64,000 bases of DNA, from positions 124,062,001 to 124,126,000 of the forward strand of contig NC_043000.1 in assembly GCF_006345805.1 (NCBI RefSeq). Reading direction: 5' to 3'. This DNA comes from Octopus sinensis (Eukaryota). Below the pieces are notes generated by a model. It ran no database searches. It was not told where the DNA came from and saw only the letters and a list, made by a program, of their open reading frames with translations. Shown here one piece after another: positions 1 to 13,667 of this stretch (the first letter of the stretch is position 1; each line of letters begins with the position of its first letter). The position numbers and the translations under genes were made by a program.

Positions 1-1023
1 ATATCGTGTTGACTTTCCCCATGTTTACTTCTTGCGGTCAACGAAGGCACAAGTGAATGTATTTGTAATCCAAATTACATACACACAAAAATCTACCGCG
101 TTGTCAAAAACCACGTGACTTGAGAGGGTTTTCCCGCGATTTATTGTCAACATTGCACCTTAAACTTTTGTTGTTTTTTTTTCTTATGATGCTTTTCTTT
201 TATATACTGCAAATAATATTAAATTATTATATGTATAAGCAATTAATGCATTTGGGGATTCCGTCAGTGTTTTCGTTGGCTTGACAATGTGTTTGTTGTG
301 TTATATTTTTATTTCTTAAAATTACAAAGTTGTAAACAAGTTTTTCGAATAAAATGTTTTCAAGATCGACTAAGGGTTGTAGGTCAAGATCGACTAAGGG
401 TTGTAGGTGTATAAAGGAGAACCAATGCAAACTCACGAAAGAAAAAGTCACAGATCATTGTTTGCAAAGAATTTTAGCTCTTTATAATGCTATCCACCTG
501 TTAATGCAACGAGGTTAAGGGCGATCTTACGCTAGGTTAAGCATTAAGTATGGGTATTTAGATGAGTGTTAAAACCAAATCAACCGCAGAGGGAGCTATT
601 ACATGGTCGTTTGAACGGTTGGAAATATTTCAAAATTTCCCTCAAAGGACATTTTTCCGATCAAAATACAACAGACAATTGTGATCATATATCGATCACG
701 CTTGACCTGCTACGAAGCAAGAGAGCATCTCCACGCCTCGCTTGAAATAGCAGTCGAACATTATTATCACCATAAACGAGGGAGTCAAACGAGCTGCAAG
801 AATTAGAATCAAATCTCTTTCAATTCATATTCTACCGTCTTAAAAACGAAATGATACTTTGGATATTGTAATTCTAGCTAGGCTATGACGTGGGAAAATA
901 TGACGGTTAGATCTCAAACTCTTTTAATCCATTTTATCAAGGCTGAACTGGGGCAAAACAACGCAGCTAAGCAACATTAATTAATGTTATATATCTCGTT
1001 CTCATATGTAAGTGGCATTTACA

Positions 1024-1027
<4 letters not shown>

Positions 1028-1072
<45 letters not shown>
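1028..1072. repeat. (TA)n microsatellite
   Basis: About 22 uninterrupted TA units, ending at the CTAG terminus of a Helitron. Confidence 0.95.
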
Positions 1073-1073
<1 letters not shown>

Positions 1074-1074
<1 letters not shown>

Positions 1075-1710
1075 TAGCAGTATCGCCCGGCGTTGCTCGG
1101 GTTTGTAAGGGAAATAACTATATAAGCATTTTTAGAGAGTTATAGCAAAAAAATAGCAAAAAATGCATTAAAAATGGAAAAAATATGATGGTAAATTTTA
1201 TTAAAAATCGTTGACTCATCGTAGACATTTTTAGAGAGTTACTTCCCTTATATAATAGCGAAAAAATGCATTAAAATGGAAAAAAAACGATGGTAATTTT
1301 TTTTTTAAATCGTAGACTCATGTAGACGCTTTCTTAGCCATTTCTGTTTTGGTGTCTTCAAGCCATGAAGTCGTTGTTCTAAAAGAACACTGGTCTCCTT
1401 GACAACGCATTACGACGTTGATTTCCTTACACTCCCTTCCCCACAGGTGCAGGTGTGAGCGTGGACGCCAACTCCGCCGCCATCGACACACGAAAAATTA
1501 TGCATTAAAATGGAATAAAAAATGATGTTAAATTATTTTTAAAATCGTAGACTCATCGTAGACGCGCGCTAATATTCAGACGGGCTCGATATGAATCACG
1601 ACTATAAGCTACCCGAATTTGGTTAAACTGCACCGCAAAATGTGGGAGTAGTTAGGAATCTAAATCGAAGGGGACAGACACTCACACAACTACAGTTTTA
1701 TATATATAGA
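1074..1710 (-). mobile_element. Non-autonomous Helitron (family A)
   Basis: On minus strand starts TCTATATATATAAAACTGTAG and ends CCCGAGCAACGCCGGGCGATACTGCTAG (GC hairpin then CTAG); homologous to the copy at 24252-24764. Confidence 0.85.
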
Positions 1711-2088
1711 CTAGCAGTATCGCCCGGCGTTGCTCAGGTTTGTAAGGGAAATAACTATAAAGCATTTTTAGAGAGTTATAGCCAAAAAATAGCAAAAAAA
1801 TGGGAAAAAAAATGATGGTAAATTTTTTTGAGAGTTAAAAAAGGTGGAGCTGCGTCCCCTAGACGGTCTGTGGTTTGGGTTTCTGATTCTCGACCCCATG
1901 TCGAATTTATCGATTTTTTTCAGAACTGGGGGAACTTTTCAAAATTTTCGCTGCGTTAGTTTTGAATTATGACATTGGGCTATGTGTGTGTCAAGTTTCA
2001 TCAGAATTGGTTGAAAGCCGTGGTCAGAGTGAGGGTACGAGAAAACAGACACACAGAAAACGCACAGACAAACTGCCGTTTATATAGA
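1711..2088 (-). mobile_element. Non-autonomous Helitron, family A 3' end with a different 5' part
   Basis: Same hairpin+CTAG 3' end at 1711, abutting the previous element; 5' end TCTATATAAACGGCAG also seen at about 44670. Confidence 0.75.
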
Positions 2089-2161
2089 GAGAGATATACA
2101 TAGCGCAGTAGTGGTGAGATGTGACAGCAAAGAAAAGCATACATTCACTCTCTGCATGCAA

Positions 2162-2480
2162 TTAGACTCGGAAAGTTCGTGAGGAACCCATTGACCCAAT
2201 TTGCTGACTTTTCCGATAGCACACAGGACTCAATGAATGGTTGAATGACCAAATCCAAGCTTCTCTGCTAGTTCCTCAACAGTTACGATGAGATTTTGTT
2301 CCACCAGGGTTTTCAGGATGTCCTTGTCGAGTTCTACAGATCTTTCAGGATGAGGCTCGTCTTCTAGGCTGTAGTTTATGGCTCGGGATTTCTGGAACCA
2401 CCATTGACACTGCCTTACGCTTATTGTCCAATCCCCATATACTGCATTAATATTTCTTGTACTTTGCACACATTTATATT
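2162..2480 (-). mobile_element. Mariner transposase N-terminal (HTH) relic
   Basis: ORF 2230-2469 reads INAVYGDWTISVRQCQWWFQK...SLEDEPHPERSVELDKDILKTLVEQN...TVEELAEKLGFGHSTI, typical of mariner DNA-binding domains. Confidence 0.8.
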
Positions 2481-2530
2481 CTGTTATTCTTTTATATGTT
2501 CAGCCTTGAGGTTGTGGCCATGCTGGATCG

Positions 2531-2710
2531 TGTGTGTGTGTGTGTGGTGTGTGTGTGTGTGTGTCTATCTGTCTGTCTGTCTGTATGTATATATGTATAT
2601 GTATGTGTGTGAACAATAATATTTTCAACAGATGTGTTGCAAATGTATCTGATTGTTCTCAAGCTTCAATACTGTGTGTGTGTGTATGTGTGTGTGTGTA
2701 TGTATGTATG

Positions 2711-2742
<32 letters not shown>

Positions 2743-2790
2743 TGTATGTATGTATGTGTGTATGTATGTATGTATGTGTGTGTGTATGTA

Positions 2791-2821
<31 letters not shown>

Positions 2822-2832
2822 ATGTATGTATG
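2531..2832. repeat. (TG)n/(TATG)n compound microsatellites
   Basis: Direct inspection; accounts for the CVCVYV-type ORFs here. Confidence 0.95.
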
Positions 2833-3054
2833 AGTGTATGGTCACTAAGGAATCTAGGCAGCTACGAGAGGCTTGTAAGAGACTGTACAAGCTGTATACA
2901 AAGAAGCAGTGAGTGAATTTAGCATAAAGGTTCAGTTGATCAAGGGTCAGTCCTCTCCTATTCATAGTTCTACAGGTCATCACAGAGGCTGGTTGTTGAT
3001 GATATAGTTCTCAGGGCTGAATGTATAGTGAAATTTGAAAGGAAATGTCAGGCA

Positions 3055-4560
3055 TCTCTTATTATAAAAGGCAGATTTTATCTGCCTCCCTTTGTCACTT
3101 ATAGAAATCTACAATATAGGATTTCTTCAATTACAATTTACCTAGCATTTTTAAGAGTAGAATGCATCGGGTCATGCCAGGTCCAGTTTTTAAAATTTCA
3201 ACCCCAATTAAGCAAAATTTAGAGAAAACTCACATTGTGGTGTATGAGTCAAATGCTTCTCTTAATGTGGGCTACAGCACTCGCACACACACAAAAAGGG
3301 AGCGATCTCATTCACTCACGCTATCACTCATTTCTACGACTTTCTCTTTGCAAGTTTGCAGCGATTAAAGTGAAACTAATTCGATAAAACGAGAGAAGTG
3401 TACCTTAAACCACTACTAAAAAAAAAAAAACATCAAACAGAAACAAATAAATACATAACGATTTACTCCTCACACAATTTCTTCAATTAGAGTGTACCCA
3501 TGATTTTTCAGAGTACTTCCAGTGGGTGATGCCATAAAAAATTTCTTTCAATTTTACCACCAATTAAGACAAAATTCGAGAAAACTCAATATTTTAACAT
3601 TTCACTCCGAAAGCATTGATGTACATGTGTGCGTGCGTGAGTGTGTGTGTGTCATTCCTCACACACACGCATACACATACATATATGAGAGTGGCAAACA
3701 CAAACGTTTCAAACAACTACATACAAACACGTGTGTGTTTGTTATTAGTAAAAAAGGCGCCAAAACACAACTCACTTATCATTCCAACACATTTGCAAAG
3801 ACACACGGACGGTCGAATTGCTATAACAATACAGAAAAGGTAAATTGGTTTTTATTTTACTCTGTATATATTTTATTATATCTCTTATTATAAAAGGCAG
3901 ATTTTATCTGCCTCCCTTTGTCTCTTATAGAAATCTACAATATAGGATTTCTTCAATTACAATTTACCTAGCATTTTTAAGAGTAGAATGCATTGGGTTT
4001 TGCCAGGTCCACTTTTTAAAATTTCAACCCCAATTAAGCAAAATTTAGAGAAAACTCACATTGTGGTGTATGAGTCAAATGCTTCTCTTAGTGTGGTCTA
4101 CAGCATACGCACACGCGCACACACAGTGTGCAACGAATAAAGTGAAAGTAATTCACTGTGTGTGTGTTGACAGGTAGACAATAGAATGCGATGGCGATGG
4201 CGATGTAATATTTGTTTCTGTCTATGACGCTGATAGATACATGAGTAAAATGTATGGGAAGCTAAGAGATAAGAGTGAGTGAAAATGTTCTTGGAAGAGA
4301 GTAAATAGCGACAGAGTGATTTGAGGAAGACTTTACATTAAATAACCGTAGTGGCTTGTCAAATGAAGAGGAGTGAAAGGGTACTGGAGGAAATAGGGTG
4401 AGTGAGGAAGATGGCCCCTAGCAACCACACCTTTTAAGATAGGGATTTCTAAGGTAGCCCACGAGCATCGTCACCTCATTCTACATGTCCCTGTAAATTT
4501 TGGAGCGAATCGGACGGGATAAAGTTATCTCTAAGAAACAGAAAGATCGCCCAAAAGTGT
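3055..4560 (+). mobile_element. Two related Helitron-like elements sharing about 250 bp of 5' sequence (starts at 3055 and 3881)
   Basis: Both begin A|TCTCTTATTATAAAAGGCAG and are near-identical for about 230 bp; 3' ends unclear. Confidence 0.5.
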
Positions 4561-4680
4561 ATATAGATATTTAAATGTATTTATATATTCATCTATACAC
4601 ACATGTATGTATAATGTGCGTGTATATATTTCCATAGAGGTAACCATTCAATCCATACAAAGTTTTTTAGGACGAAAATA

Positions 4681-5530
4681 TTTATATATAAAAGAAAGGT
4701 TGTGTGTCTGTCTACTCCGATTTAGATTCCTAACTACTCCCACATTTTGCGATGCAGTTTAACCAAAACCGGGTATCTTATAGTCGTGATTCATATCGAA
4801 CCCTTCTGGGTATTAGCGCGTGTCTACGATGAGTCTATGATTTTACAAATAATTTAGCATCATTTTTTTCCATTTTAATGCATATTTTTTTAATAAAGGG
4901 AAGTAACTCTCAAACTTCACACCAATATGCGTGCTCATATGCGACGTAATATCACATCAGCAGCATTTCCTCACACCCTCCTTGCACTTGGCGAAGGCAA
5001 AATACCAGGGGATGAAAATTACCAGGGTAATATTGCCACCGATTCCATTTGTAACATTGTTAAGACGCCTTCTGATCTCAGAGATGCAGTGTTCCCAGAT
5101 CTACAAGCTAATTATCAGAATATGGATTGGATTGGCAAAAAGGCTATACTGGCCCCGAGGAATAAAACTGTTCACTATATTAATGATGAAATGCTAAAAC
5201 TCATTCCTGGGGAAGTCTATGTATATCAGTCTATCGATACAACTCCTGACCCAGAGGACGTCATCAACTATCCAATAGAGGTACTCAATTCCTTTGAGCA
5301 CCCCAGACTACCACCACACTTTCTCAAACTTAAAGTTGGTGCCCCTATAATGCTCATCAGAAATTTGGTTCCCCCAAAACAATGCAATGGCACACGTTTG
5401 ATCGTTAAGTCCTTATCTCCCACCGTAAACTTATATCAATATTTGCCTGAATAATCATCATAATTCAGTGCAATCATTAACAGTACTTTCAAGCAATTCA
5501 GCCCCGAGCAACGCCGGGCAATTCTGCTAG
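4681..5530 (+). mobile_element. Helitron derivative carrying a PIF1-type RepHel helicase fragment (ORF 4927-5454)
   Basis: Motifs AILAPRN, LKVGAPIMLIRNL, CNGTRL; family A 5' end; hairpin+CTAG|T 3' end at 5530. Confidence 0.9.
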
Positions 5531-5964
5531 TAATATTATATATAGATATATGTATATATAATTGCAGTATGAAACAGTGTTTATGTATAAACAGACGACA
5601 CTTATATATAGTTATTAATAAATGTATGCATCCGTTTAACCCTTTCGTTACCAAACCGCCCGAATTTACCTATTCATATTTAAATGAGAATATCAGAGTA
5701 AATCTCTTTAGTACATTCGTGAAAACACGTATTATATTTCGTAAACACTTCAATTACAGTTTTGTACAAAAATCGAAGTGTAATTTTAATTCCGTGAATT
5801 ATGGGAGATTTTTTTCCGAAATTTGTTCCTATTGTGTTTTCAAAATTTGTAATTCTGACAAAAAATGGATACGAATTTCATTATATCAAGCAGCGAGTCA
5901 GAATTCGAAGGATTTTCTACTGAAGACCTTCATAAATCTAACTCTATGACTGAAAAAAAAAGCA

Positions 5965-6349
5965 TCTTTATATAAAAGTGAAGTTGTGTGTCTGTCTCCT
6001 ACGATTTAGATTCGTAACTACTCCCACATTTTGCGGTGCAGTTTAACCAAAACCGGGTATCTTATTGTCGTGATTCATATCAAGCCCTTCTGGGTATTAG
6101 CGCGCGTCTACGATTTTAAAAAAATTTACCATCATATTTTTCCATTTTAATGCATTTTTTTCGCTTTTATATAAGGGAAGTAACTCTCTAAAAATATCTA
6201 CGATGTGTCAACGATTTAAAAAAAAAATTTACCTTAATTTTTTTTCAATTTTTAATGCATTTTTTTGCTATTTTTGGGCTATAACTCTCTAAAAATGCTT
6301 ATATAGTTATTTCCCTTACAACCCGAGCAACGCCGGGCGATACTGCTAG
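5965..6349 (+). mobile_element. Non-autonomous Helitron (family A)
   Basis: A|TC 5' end, CCCGAGCAACGCCGGG hairpin, CTAG|T 3' end. Confidence 0.85.
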
Positions 6350-7579
6350 TTAAAGATAAACCTAGAACCTAGCAAAAGCAAAGGTTTTAGTATTTTAGAA
6401 AGAAGACAGGACCATGATATCTTCAAGAAAATGCTCTTGCTTGATACTCAGAAAAGGAGTAAGTATAAGCTCCATATACTGTAACCCAATGGATACACAT
6501 ATGATGTAGTGGAATCACAGGCAGAGTAACAGAGAACGTAAGCTTCATATGTAATAGATGCACTTGAACAGTACATACCATGAGCATGTAGCAAGATTTG
6601 AAACCAAATTGGCAAATTTCCCAGTTAAAATCACAGCTTAGCAACAGCTTTTACGTGTGATCAGCCAAGTGATGGACCAATAAGCATCAACACATCATGT
6701 GATGCATCTTTCTAGAAGTTGCTAGAACACTCCTTTACAAAACTTATAAATAGGTATATCTTGAGTGCCAAACTTCAGTTTGTGGCCATCTGCAGCTAAG
6801 CTAGCCACATTTTCGTTTTGCTGCTTTTAACAATTGCTCTCATGACTTTTTAGATCAACCTAGACAGCAACTCTAATTCACCAGTGTGTATATTTTCTCC
6901 TGTCTTGGCAGCATAATTATAAAGCCTTCTTTATCAACTATTCATAAGAGCTATAGAATTGCCCTTTTCAGTATGTCAACTTTGTTGATGCATCTTTAAT
7001 TTATGACCAACATGGAAAATATTTGTGCAGTGAAATAAAATTCTGCCAATTGTTAATAAGTGCTGTGCATTCATTATATGCAGTCCGAAACCAACTCAAC
7101 TACCATCATTTCATATCCTTCAAACTATGTCCTTTGTGACAGCAGTTAATTGCACTTTTGTGACAAGTATTGTATATTGGAAACAGATTTTCTTAAATGC
7201 ACAGAAGGCTCACTAGAAATAGCAGACAGCTTTTGTTGCCTCAGCGGTATGATTAGCAAATATCTGTGGGGATGAGCCGGAAGAAGAGGGCCATGATGTC
7301 AATGGAACAGGAAGCGTGAGAAGGAAGTGCAGGGGTGACAGAACAGGGACATCCTCTTTTGGCCAGCTGAGGCATTGCGAATGGACGTCAGGGAATTCAC
7401 TCCCAGGTTGGTGAGATAGCAGCCGCTTATACTGGGTGACAGGGTAGAGCAGGATTGCTAGAATGACTACCACTAGACAGGCGCAGACAAGAGAGGACGG
7501 TAGGTGAACCTCTTTTCATTTCCCACACACAACAAGCTATTTTGGCAATTGTATACAAACATTGTTGTCCCCTTGATAT

Positions 7580-9010
7580 ATGATGGCAGCAAAGATAAGG
7601 ATTGGCAGTGATGTCACCAGACTTTTCTTTGGCAAAGAAGATGTATTAGCCTGGATTTGAAAGGTCAAAATTATGGCCAGGCTACAAGGCATTGAAGATG
7701 TAACGAGCCCCATGGCCCTGTATTTGGAGGGGAGTGCACTGCCACTGTACCTCGAAATGGATAAAGAAGAACAACTGAGCATGGCAAAGATCGAGCAGCA
7801 CTTGAGTGAGGCTTACACAGATGGAAAGTATCCTGCTTTTGCTAAGCTGGGAACGATCAAATGGAGAGGGGAACAGGTCAACGAATACGCTGTGGAGGTT
7901 CAGAGGCTGGTTTTGTTGTCTGGTCTTACCAGTGAGGGACTTGAGAAAGTAGTTCAACTGGCTTTTGTGAATGGCTTTCCCGACAATATGTCAGTGCAAC
8001 TACAACAGTTGTCAGGGGGCAACAAAATGGCAATGAGCGAGCTCATCATTCAAGCCTGTGTGTTGACACACAACACTAGGCAGAAGGCAGTAGTGATGGT
8101 GGCTGCAGAAGCCTGCAAATCTGCGCGATGACTGGTGAAGGACAAAAAGAGGCCTACTGTGGAATGACAGTGATCATTCACAGGCCGGTGTTTTAACTGC
8201 CAAGGACCGCACATGGTGAGGGACTGCGCAGAGCCTTGACCAGTTTGCTACCAGTGCAAACAGACTGGGCATATCGCCTCAAATTATAACCAGAGAAAAG
8301 GCCACAAGGGAAGTTGTTGCTTCTCAAATTTCCTCCGCAAATGAGTAGAGGTGTCGGTGAAGCCACTGCCCATAATTGAAATGTGGTCAGGGGAAACACA
8401 TTCAAGGCCCTAGTGGACATGGGCTGCATGACGACACTTGTAACCCTGAGGGTGACAAAGAAATAGAAGGGGATGAGTAGCGTCCAGGTGATCAATGGCA
8501 GTGAAATCAAATGCAAGGGTAGCAGTGTGAGGCACAACGCTAAGGCTTCAGGCGATCGTGATCAACCACATGATAGACGGGATTGATGTGGTAATGGGGA
8601 TGGACACAATCGACCACCTTGGAGATGTCAGTGTTGGAGGAGACGTGGTTTTGTTTGGTGCCATGGAGGCATTGTGCACTGTGAGTCAGGAATGTGAGTA
8701 AGAGCAGAGCCCTGTGAGGAGCTGCACTGCATATGCCATTGAAGACAAGGATTTTCGGGCAGCGTTTGATGCTCAGCGATGGACAATAAAGTGGCACTGG
8801 AAAGAAGGACTCCTGACACAGAAGAACAAGGTGAGCTGCTACCAGCATACTCTGAAAGGACATGCCAGGGGCAAGTTAGAAGAAGAGGTAGAGAAGTGGA
8901 TTAAGGAAGGTGTCCTTATCCCATTGAAGGAGGAGGTGGTGAGTGGAGTGCTACCTCTAATGGCAATGGTGCAGCCAACAAAGAGCAAAGTTAGACCGGT
9001 ATTCATGCAT
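7580..9010 (+). mobile_element. Degenerate Ty3/Gypsy-like LTR retrotransposon (gag, zinc knuckles, protease, start of RT)
   Basis: gag-like ORF 7673-8131; CxxCxxxxHxxxxC-like knuckles at about 8190-8290; protease-like FKALVDMGC at about 8400; GVLPLMAMVQPTKSKVRPV at the RT start; many stops and frameshifts. Confidence 0.8.
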
Positions 9011-12000
9011 AACTGGGCCCTTTTCCCAATCTTTTCTTCATGACACCACCACCACCACCACTCACCATCTCTCTAACTGCTGTTCTACCATGATACCACT
9101 TATTCATCCTACTACCAAGAACCATTTCTATTTCTATACTTCATTCATGAATCAATACTCTACTCTCCACCCACACTTTACGTTGATCGCACACCCATCA
9201 CTGAGCCACCAAATTAACTTTCCTCCTCCATCACCTCCTCATGCATAGTATCTGCCTCCTCACCCTCCCCACTGCTGCAACTTACTCAGCTACATGTCAT
9301 CACTCATTTCCTTCTGGCAGAATTTGAAATTAGCACATGGAGCCAGAACAAATGCTACAAGATACTTTATCAATGCTCTTATATTGCAACCAGTTTGCCA
9401 TCTTTGCTATGATGCGCATTTGACATCATTTATGTTTACTGACATGTGTATGTGGATATGAATTTTAAAAAAAAATTCTATATGTGTATAGATAGTGAAG
9501 TGGCAAAGTTATTAAAATAAAGGACTAAATGCATTGCAGTATTTATATTCTGGGTTCAAATAGTAAAAAATCAGCTTTGTCTTTCATCATTTTAGGATCA
9601 GTAAAATACAGGCTCAGTCCAGGGCAGTGGACTGGCAGATAAATAGAACATTGGATAAAATATCTTCTGGCCTTTTTTTTCATTCTGAGCTCTTGGTTGG
9701 TTGACTTAATCTGTTGCTAGGTTCAATACCACTACATAGTTTTTGGGCTCCTTTAATGAAGTTAACTCTGTTGCAAGCAACCCAGCCAGGTTTCTTGTTT
9801 GAATTCCACTGAATTAGGAAGCCAAGAATGTCCTTCATCTTTAAATAAGTAGAAGTGTACATATTCACAGTTAATGAAATTGAAATGTAAATGAAAAAGG
9901 AGGAAATGACAAGGAATCGCAGATTATTGTAGAAGGTTTCAAGCAGTAACAATGAAATAAAAGCAAACCACTATGGCTGCTTGACCAGTGAGCAATAACA
10001 GAGTCATTCAACCTGAATAAAAAAGTACCTGAATTTCCTTCATATTACAGTACACATCTTTAAAAGGAAAATAGTACATTAAATAATGTAGTTATAATTA
10101 AAAAGACAGGATGGTCATGACTAGAATGCTCTAGTGTGGTAATTAGTCATCATTTCTTTGAAGGTTGTTCAGTGTGAGGTAGGTGTATGTGCAGACAATG
10201 ACCACACTGAAGTTTCATTATTTACATTATTTACATTTGACGAATATTTGTCCTCATCTTGTTTGTTACTAACACATTTCGGCTGATATACACTCCAGCC
10301 TTCTTCAGGTGTCTTGGGGAAATTTCAAACCTGGGTTCTCATTCCTAAGGTATTTTTCAATGTTATTGTTATTATTCAGGTCACTGCCTGGAATTGAACT
10401 CGGAATGTTGGGTTAGTAGCCCATGCTCTTAACCACTATGCCAGATAACAAGATGAGCACAAATATCCATCAAATGTAAATAATGTACATAATTTCTCAT
10501 CTCTTAAATATAGAACTGTACTAAAGTTTCAGTTTTCAAATACCCTATTAACTTGGCATTGTTATATTTACAAATGTATGTTCAATAAATTAATGTAACA
10601 ATGTTTAACGAACCTAACAGGAATCTTCTATGTATAACTTTCTTGTTAATATTATCAAAGGAATGCAAAGAGTTCAAATCACTGCATGTAATTAATGTAT
10701 GTTACGTAAGTGAAGAAGGAAAGAGAGAGCAACATACTGAGACAAGTAACATGGATTCCCCTAGACTGCTATTGGTTCTGTAGTCCATTAAGTTTGGCAA
10801 GGTGAGAGAAGTGAGAAACTACCAGATGGGGGAAGAGTAACATGATCTGTATAAACCTGGGTTAGCTCTTTTTAAAGTTGAATTTGCTCACCTTTTATTA
10901 CTGTTGGCCCAGAAGTTCTAGAATCTTCAGCCAGACTGTTTTATGAGAAAACTTGTACACTTCCTTTGAAGGCTGCAGCCTCAGCTATAATAAGTTAGCC
11001 AGTGCTGAATGGTCAAGCTATATTCACATTGGTTTAATACATTTTATGGAGATACATTAGTTCACGGTTCTAGACTGGGAAAATCTGAGAGCCATTGTTT
11101 AAATCTCAGCTGGGGCATTGCCACAATGTTTTTGACCTTAGATCTGCCTGATCAAAGCTAACCCAAGATTAAACAGCATGTCACTTTTGCTTTAACTTTT
11201 TGTCCATTTAAAATTACTACATGTACAAAAGATATGTTAAAGTAAAATAATTTTAAAGTGAAGGTCCTTTCCTCTTCATTTCTGACACTGAAAAATGATT
11301 TGGTGCCAGTGCATTGTCACACCTCATTTGACAGTTTTGCATTTGGGACGTTTCACCCCAATACTTCTACTTCTTGTATTTTCATTTCAGTTTGATACTC
11401 ATATATAATAGCTACATATAGAAAATATATGAACTTTAAAATAAACTAATTTGAGAGTCTGCAGTGTTCCCAATCAGGCAGTTAATAAAAGGGAGATAAT
11501 CATTTCTCCTTGGTAAGATTAGAAGTTTGAATTTAAAATTGAGGAAAAGATACATATTTATTTATTAATTTATTTGTTGCTTTAGCATAAGAAATGCATA
11601 AGGTGAAGGAAGATCTGTAGTAGAGAAGAATTCAATACACAAAGCTGTAGTCTTGCGGAAGACCACATTTAGAACTCAAAATTTACGGTCTATTCAATTT
11701 GCAGTATTCAGGTACTGCCTCATTACAGGTTGTCCCGGAAAAGGATCAAATAAGGTGAAAATTAACGTTAATTGTAAAAACAACAAAAAAGGTGAAAATT
11801 AACGTTAATTGTAAAAACAACAAAAAAGGTTATGGTTTGTCCACATTACTCCATAAGGACCTTAGGGCTGATTTCCCCATTTCTTTGGCATATATATTCC
11901 CTGGATGGGATGACGCTGGTCCGTCACAGGATCATCCATATCTCCCAAGTGGACTAGAGTAATGCAAAAACGAAGTGTTTTGCTCAAGAACGCAATGCAT

Positions 12001-13331
12001 TACCTGGTCCAGGAATCAAAACCATAATCTTACAATCATGTGCCCAACACCCTAACCACTAAGCTATGTGCCTCCTAAAAAAAAAAAAGGCAGGAGGAAT
12101 AAATGATTTGCTCATTACTATTGTCAAGGGAAGTTTGGTCAAGCAACCACAGAAGCTATCCGGCTATTATTGATGAATGTATAGCAACAGAAAACAGCAG
12201 TGAATGTGTAAGAAAAAGTAACATTTTATGTCACCTCAGAAACACAGGAAATTTCAGCCAACTCAAATTGGTGTATGCTTCAAAGCGTTACAGTTATACA
12301 AAGGTTACAACTATTAGAATATTGGTTTCAAATTTTGGCACAAGGCCTGCAATTCCAAGAGAGATGGTAAGTTAATTACATTGTTCCTAGTCTTCAACAG
12401 GTACTTATTTATCAACCTCAGAAGGATGAAAGGCAAAGTCAACCTTGGCAGAATGTGAACACAGAACATAAAGATTGATGAAATGCTGTTGAGCATTTTG
12501 CCTGGTGTGCTAATGGTTTGAATCCAAGTAAAAAAAGTCACAGGTTTTGTCCAGGTGGGGATGTATGTGTGTGTGTGTCTGAGGGGGTTTCATCTAGATC
12601 CCATAAATTAATTGTGACTTTTTTTCCTGTGACTTTATTACTGGCCACCATAAATTAATTGTATCTTTTTTTCCCAAGCAAAATTGTGACTTTTTTTCCT
12701 GTGACTTTATCACCGGTCACCAATGATTCTGGCAGCTCATCATCTTACAACTACATCTAAAAAATTTCAGACAGTGCAGAAGTTGTGGTGTGGATCTGAA
12801 GCACAATACTCTAAAGGTGAGCAAACTTCCAAGAAATGACACACAGAAAGTGATGTATAAAGTCTACAACATGGTTCAATGATGAATTTGTTGGCTCATG
12901 TATAACATTCAAAAGGGTGGAAAAATTCTTCACCTGTACTATTTCTGGGCTCATTTAAAGTTGTTCTTGGAAATGATCATCAAATATAAGCAAGAAATTA
13001 AAAGACATTGGTATGATTATTGACCTGAATTAATTCTGCTGAGATAATAATGAAATTATTGTATACAGTGCTCAGGTACACCACAAGGAAAAACTTATTT
13101 TCTCTGTTTTAGATGTTTCAATCATTGGACTTTTGTCACACTTGGATACCACTGTAAAGGGTTTAGTAGAATAAATCCCCCCCACCCAATGACATTTTTA
13201 TGTCTGGTACTTGTTCTATTGGGCTCTTTCTGTCGAACCCTTGAATTATGGGGTCGCAAACAAACCAACGCTGGTTGTCAAGCCGTGGTAGGAGACAAAT
13301 TCAAATACACAAATGTATATATATATATATA

Positions 13332-13515
13332 TATATAGTAAAGAAAAATAAGTTGGCTAGCAGCAAGCTGTTTCGCCTCATACCGAAGGAATTAGAAATG
13401 GCAGTCAAAGACCGTTTTTTCCATGGAAAAAACGGTCTTTGACTGCCATTTCTAATTCCTTCGGTATGAGGCGAAACAGCTTGCTGCTAGCCAACTTATT
13501 TTTCTTTACTATATA
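13332..13515. repeat. Perfect 184-bp palindrome with no spacer
   Basis: 92-bp arms are exact reverse complements, centred on CCA|TGG at 13423/13424. Confidence 0.95.
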
Positions 13516-13627
13516 CTGAACCTTACAAAGGTCTTGACAATTATTTTGTCGTATTTACATACCGAAATTTACCGGTAAATAATTGTTGGTTACATGAAAA
13601 ACCACAGGAAAATTATTTACCATTTTT

Positions 13628-13667
<40 letters not shown>

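Noticed and set aside
357-408. 24-bp direct duplication (similar 37-bp duplication at about 11751-11828)
   Set aside because: Simple local slippage, no further structure
2404-2983. Several ORFs rich in C/V/Y/M or H/T/Y/I
   Set aside because: Translations of TG/TATG microsatellites
7150-7540. Possible 5' LTR of the Gypsy relic
   Set aside because: No second LTR or clear primer-binding site in the window
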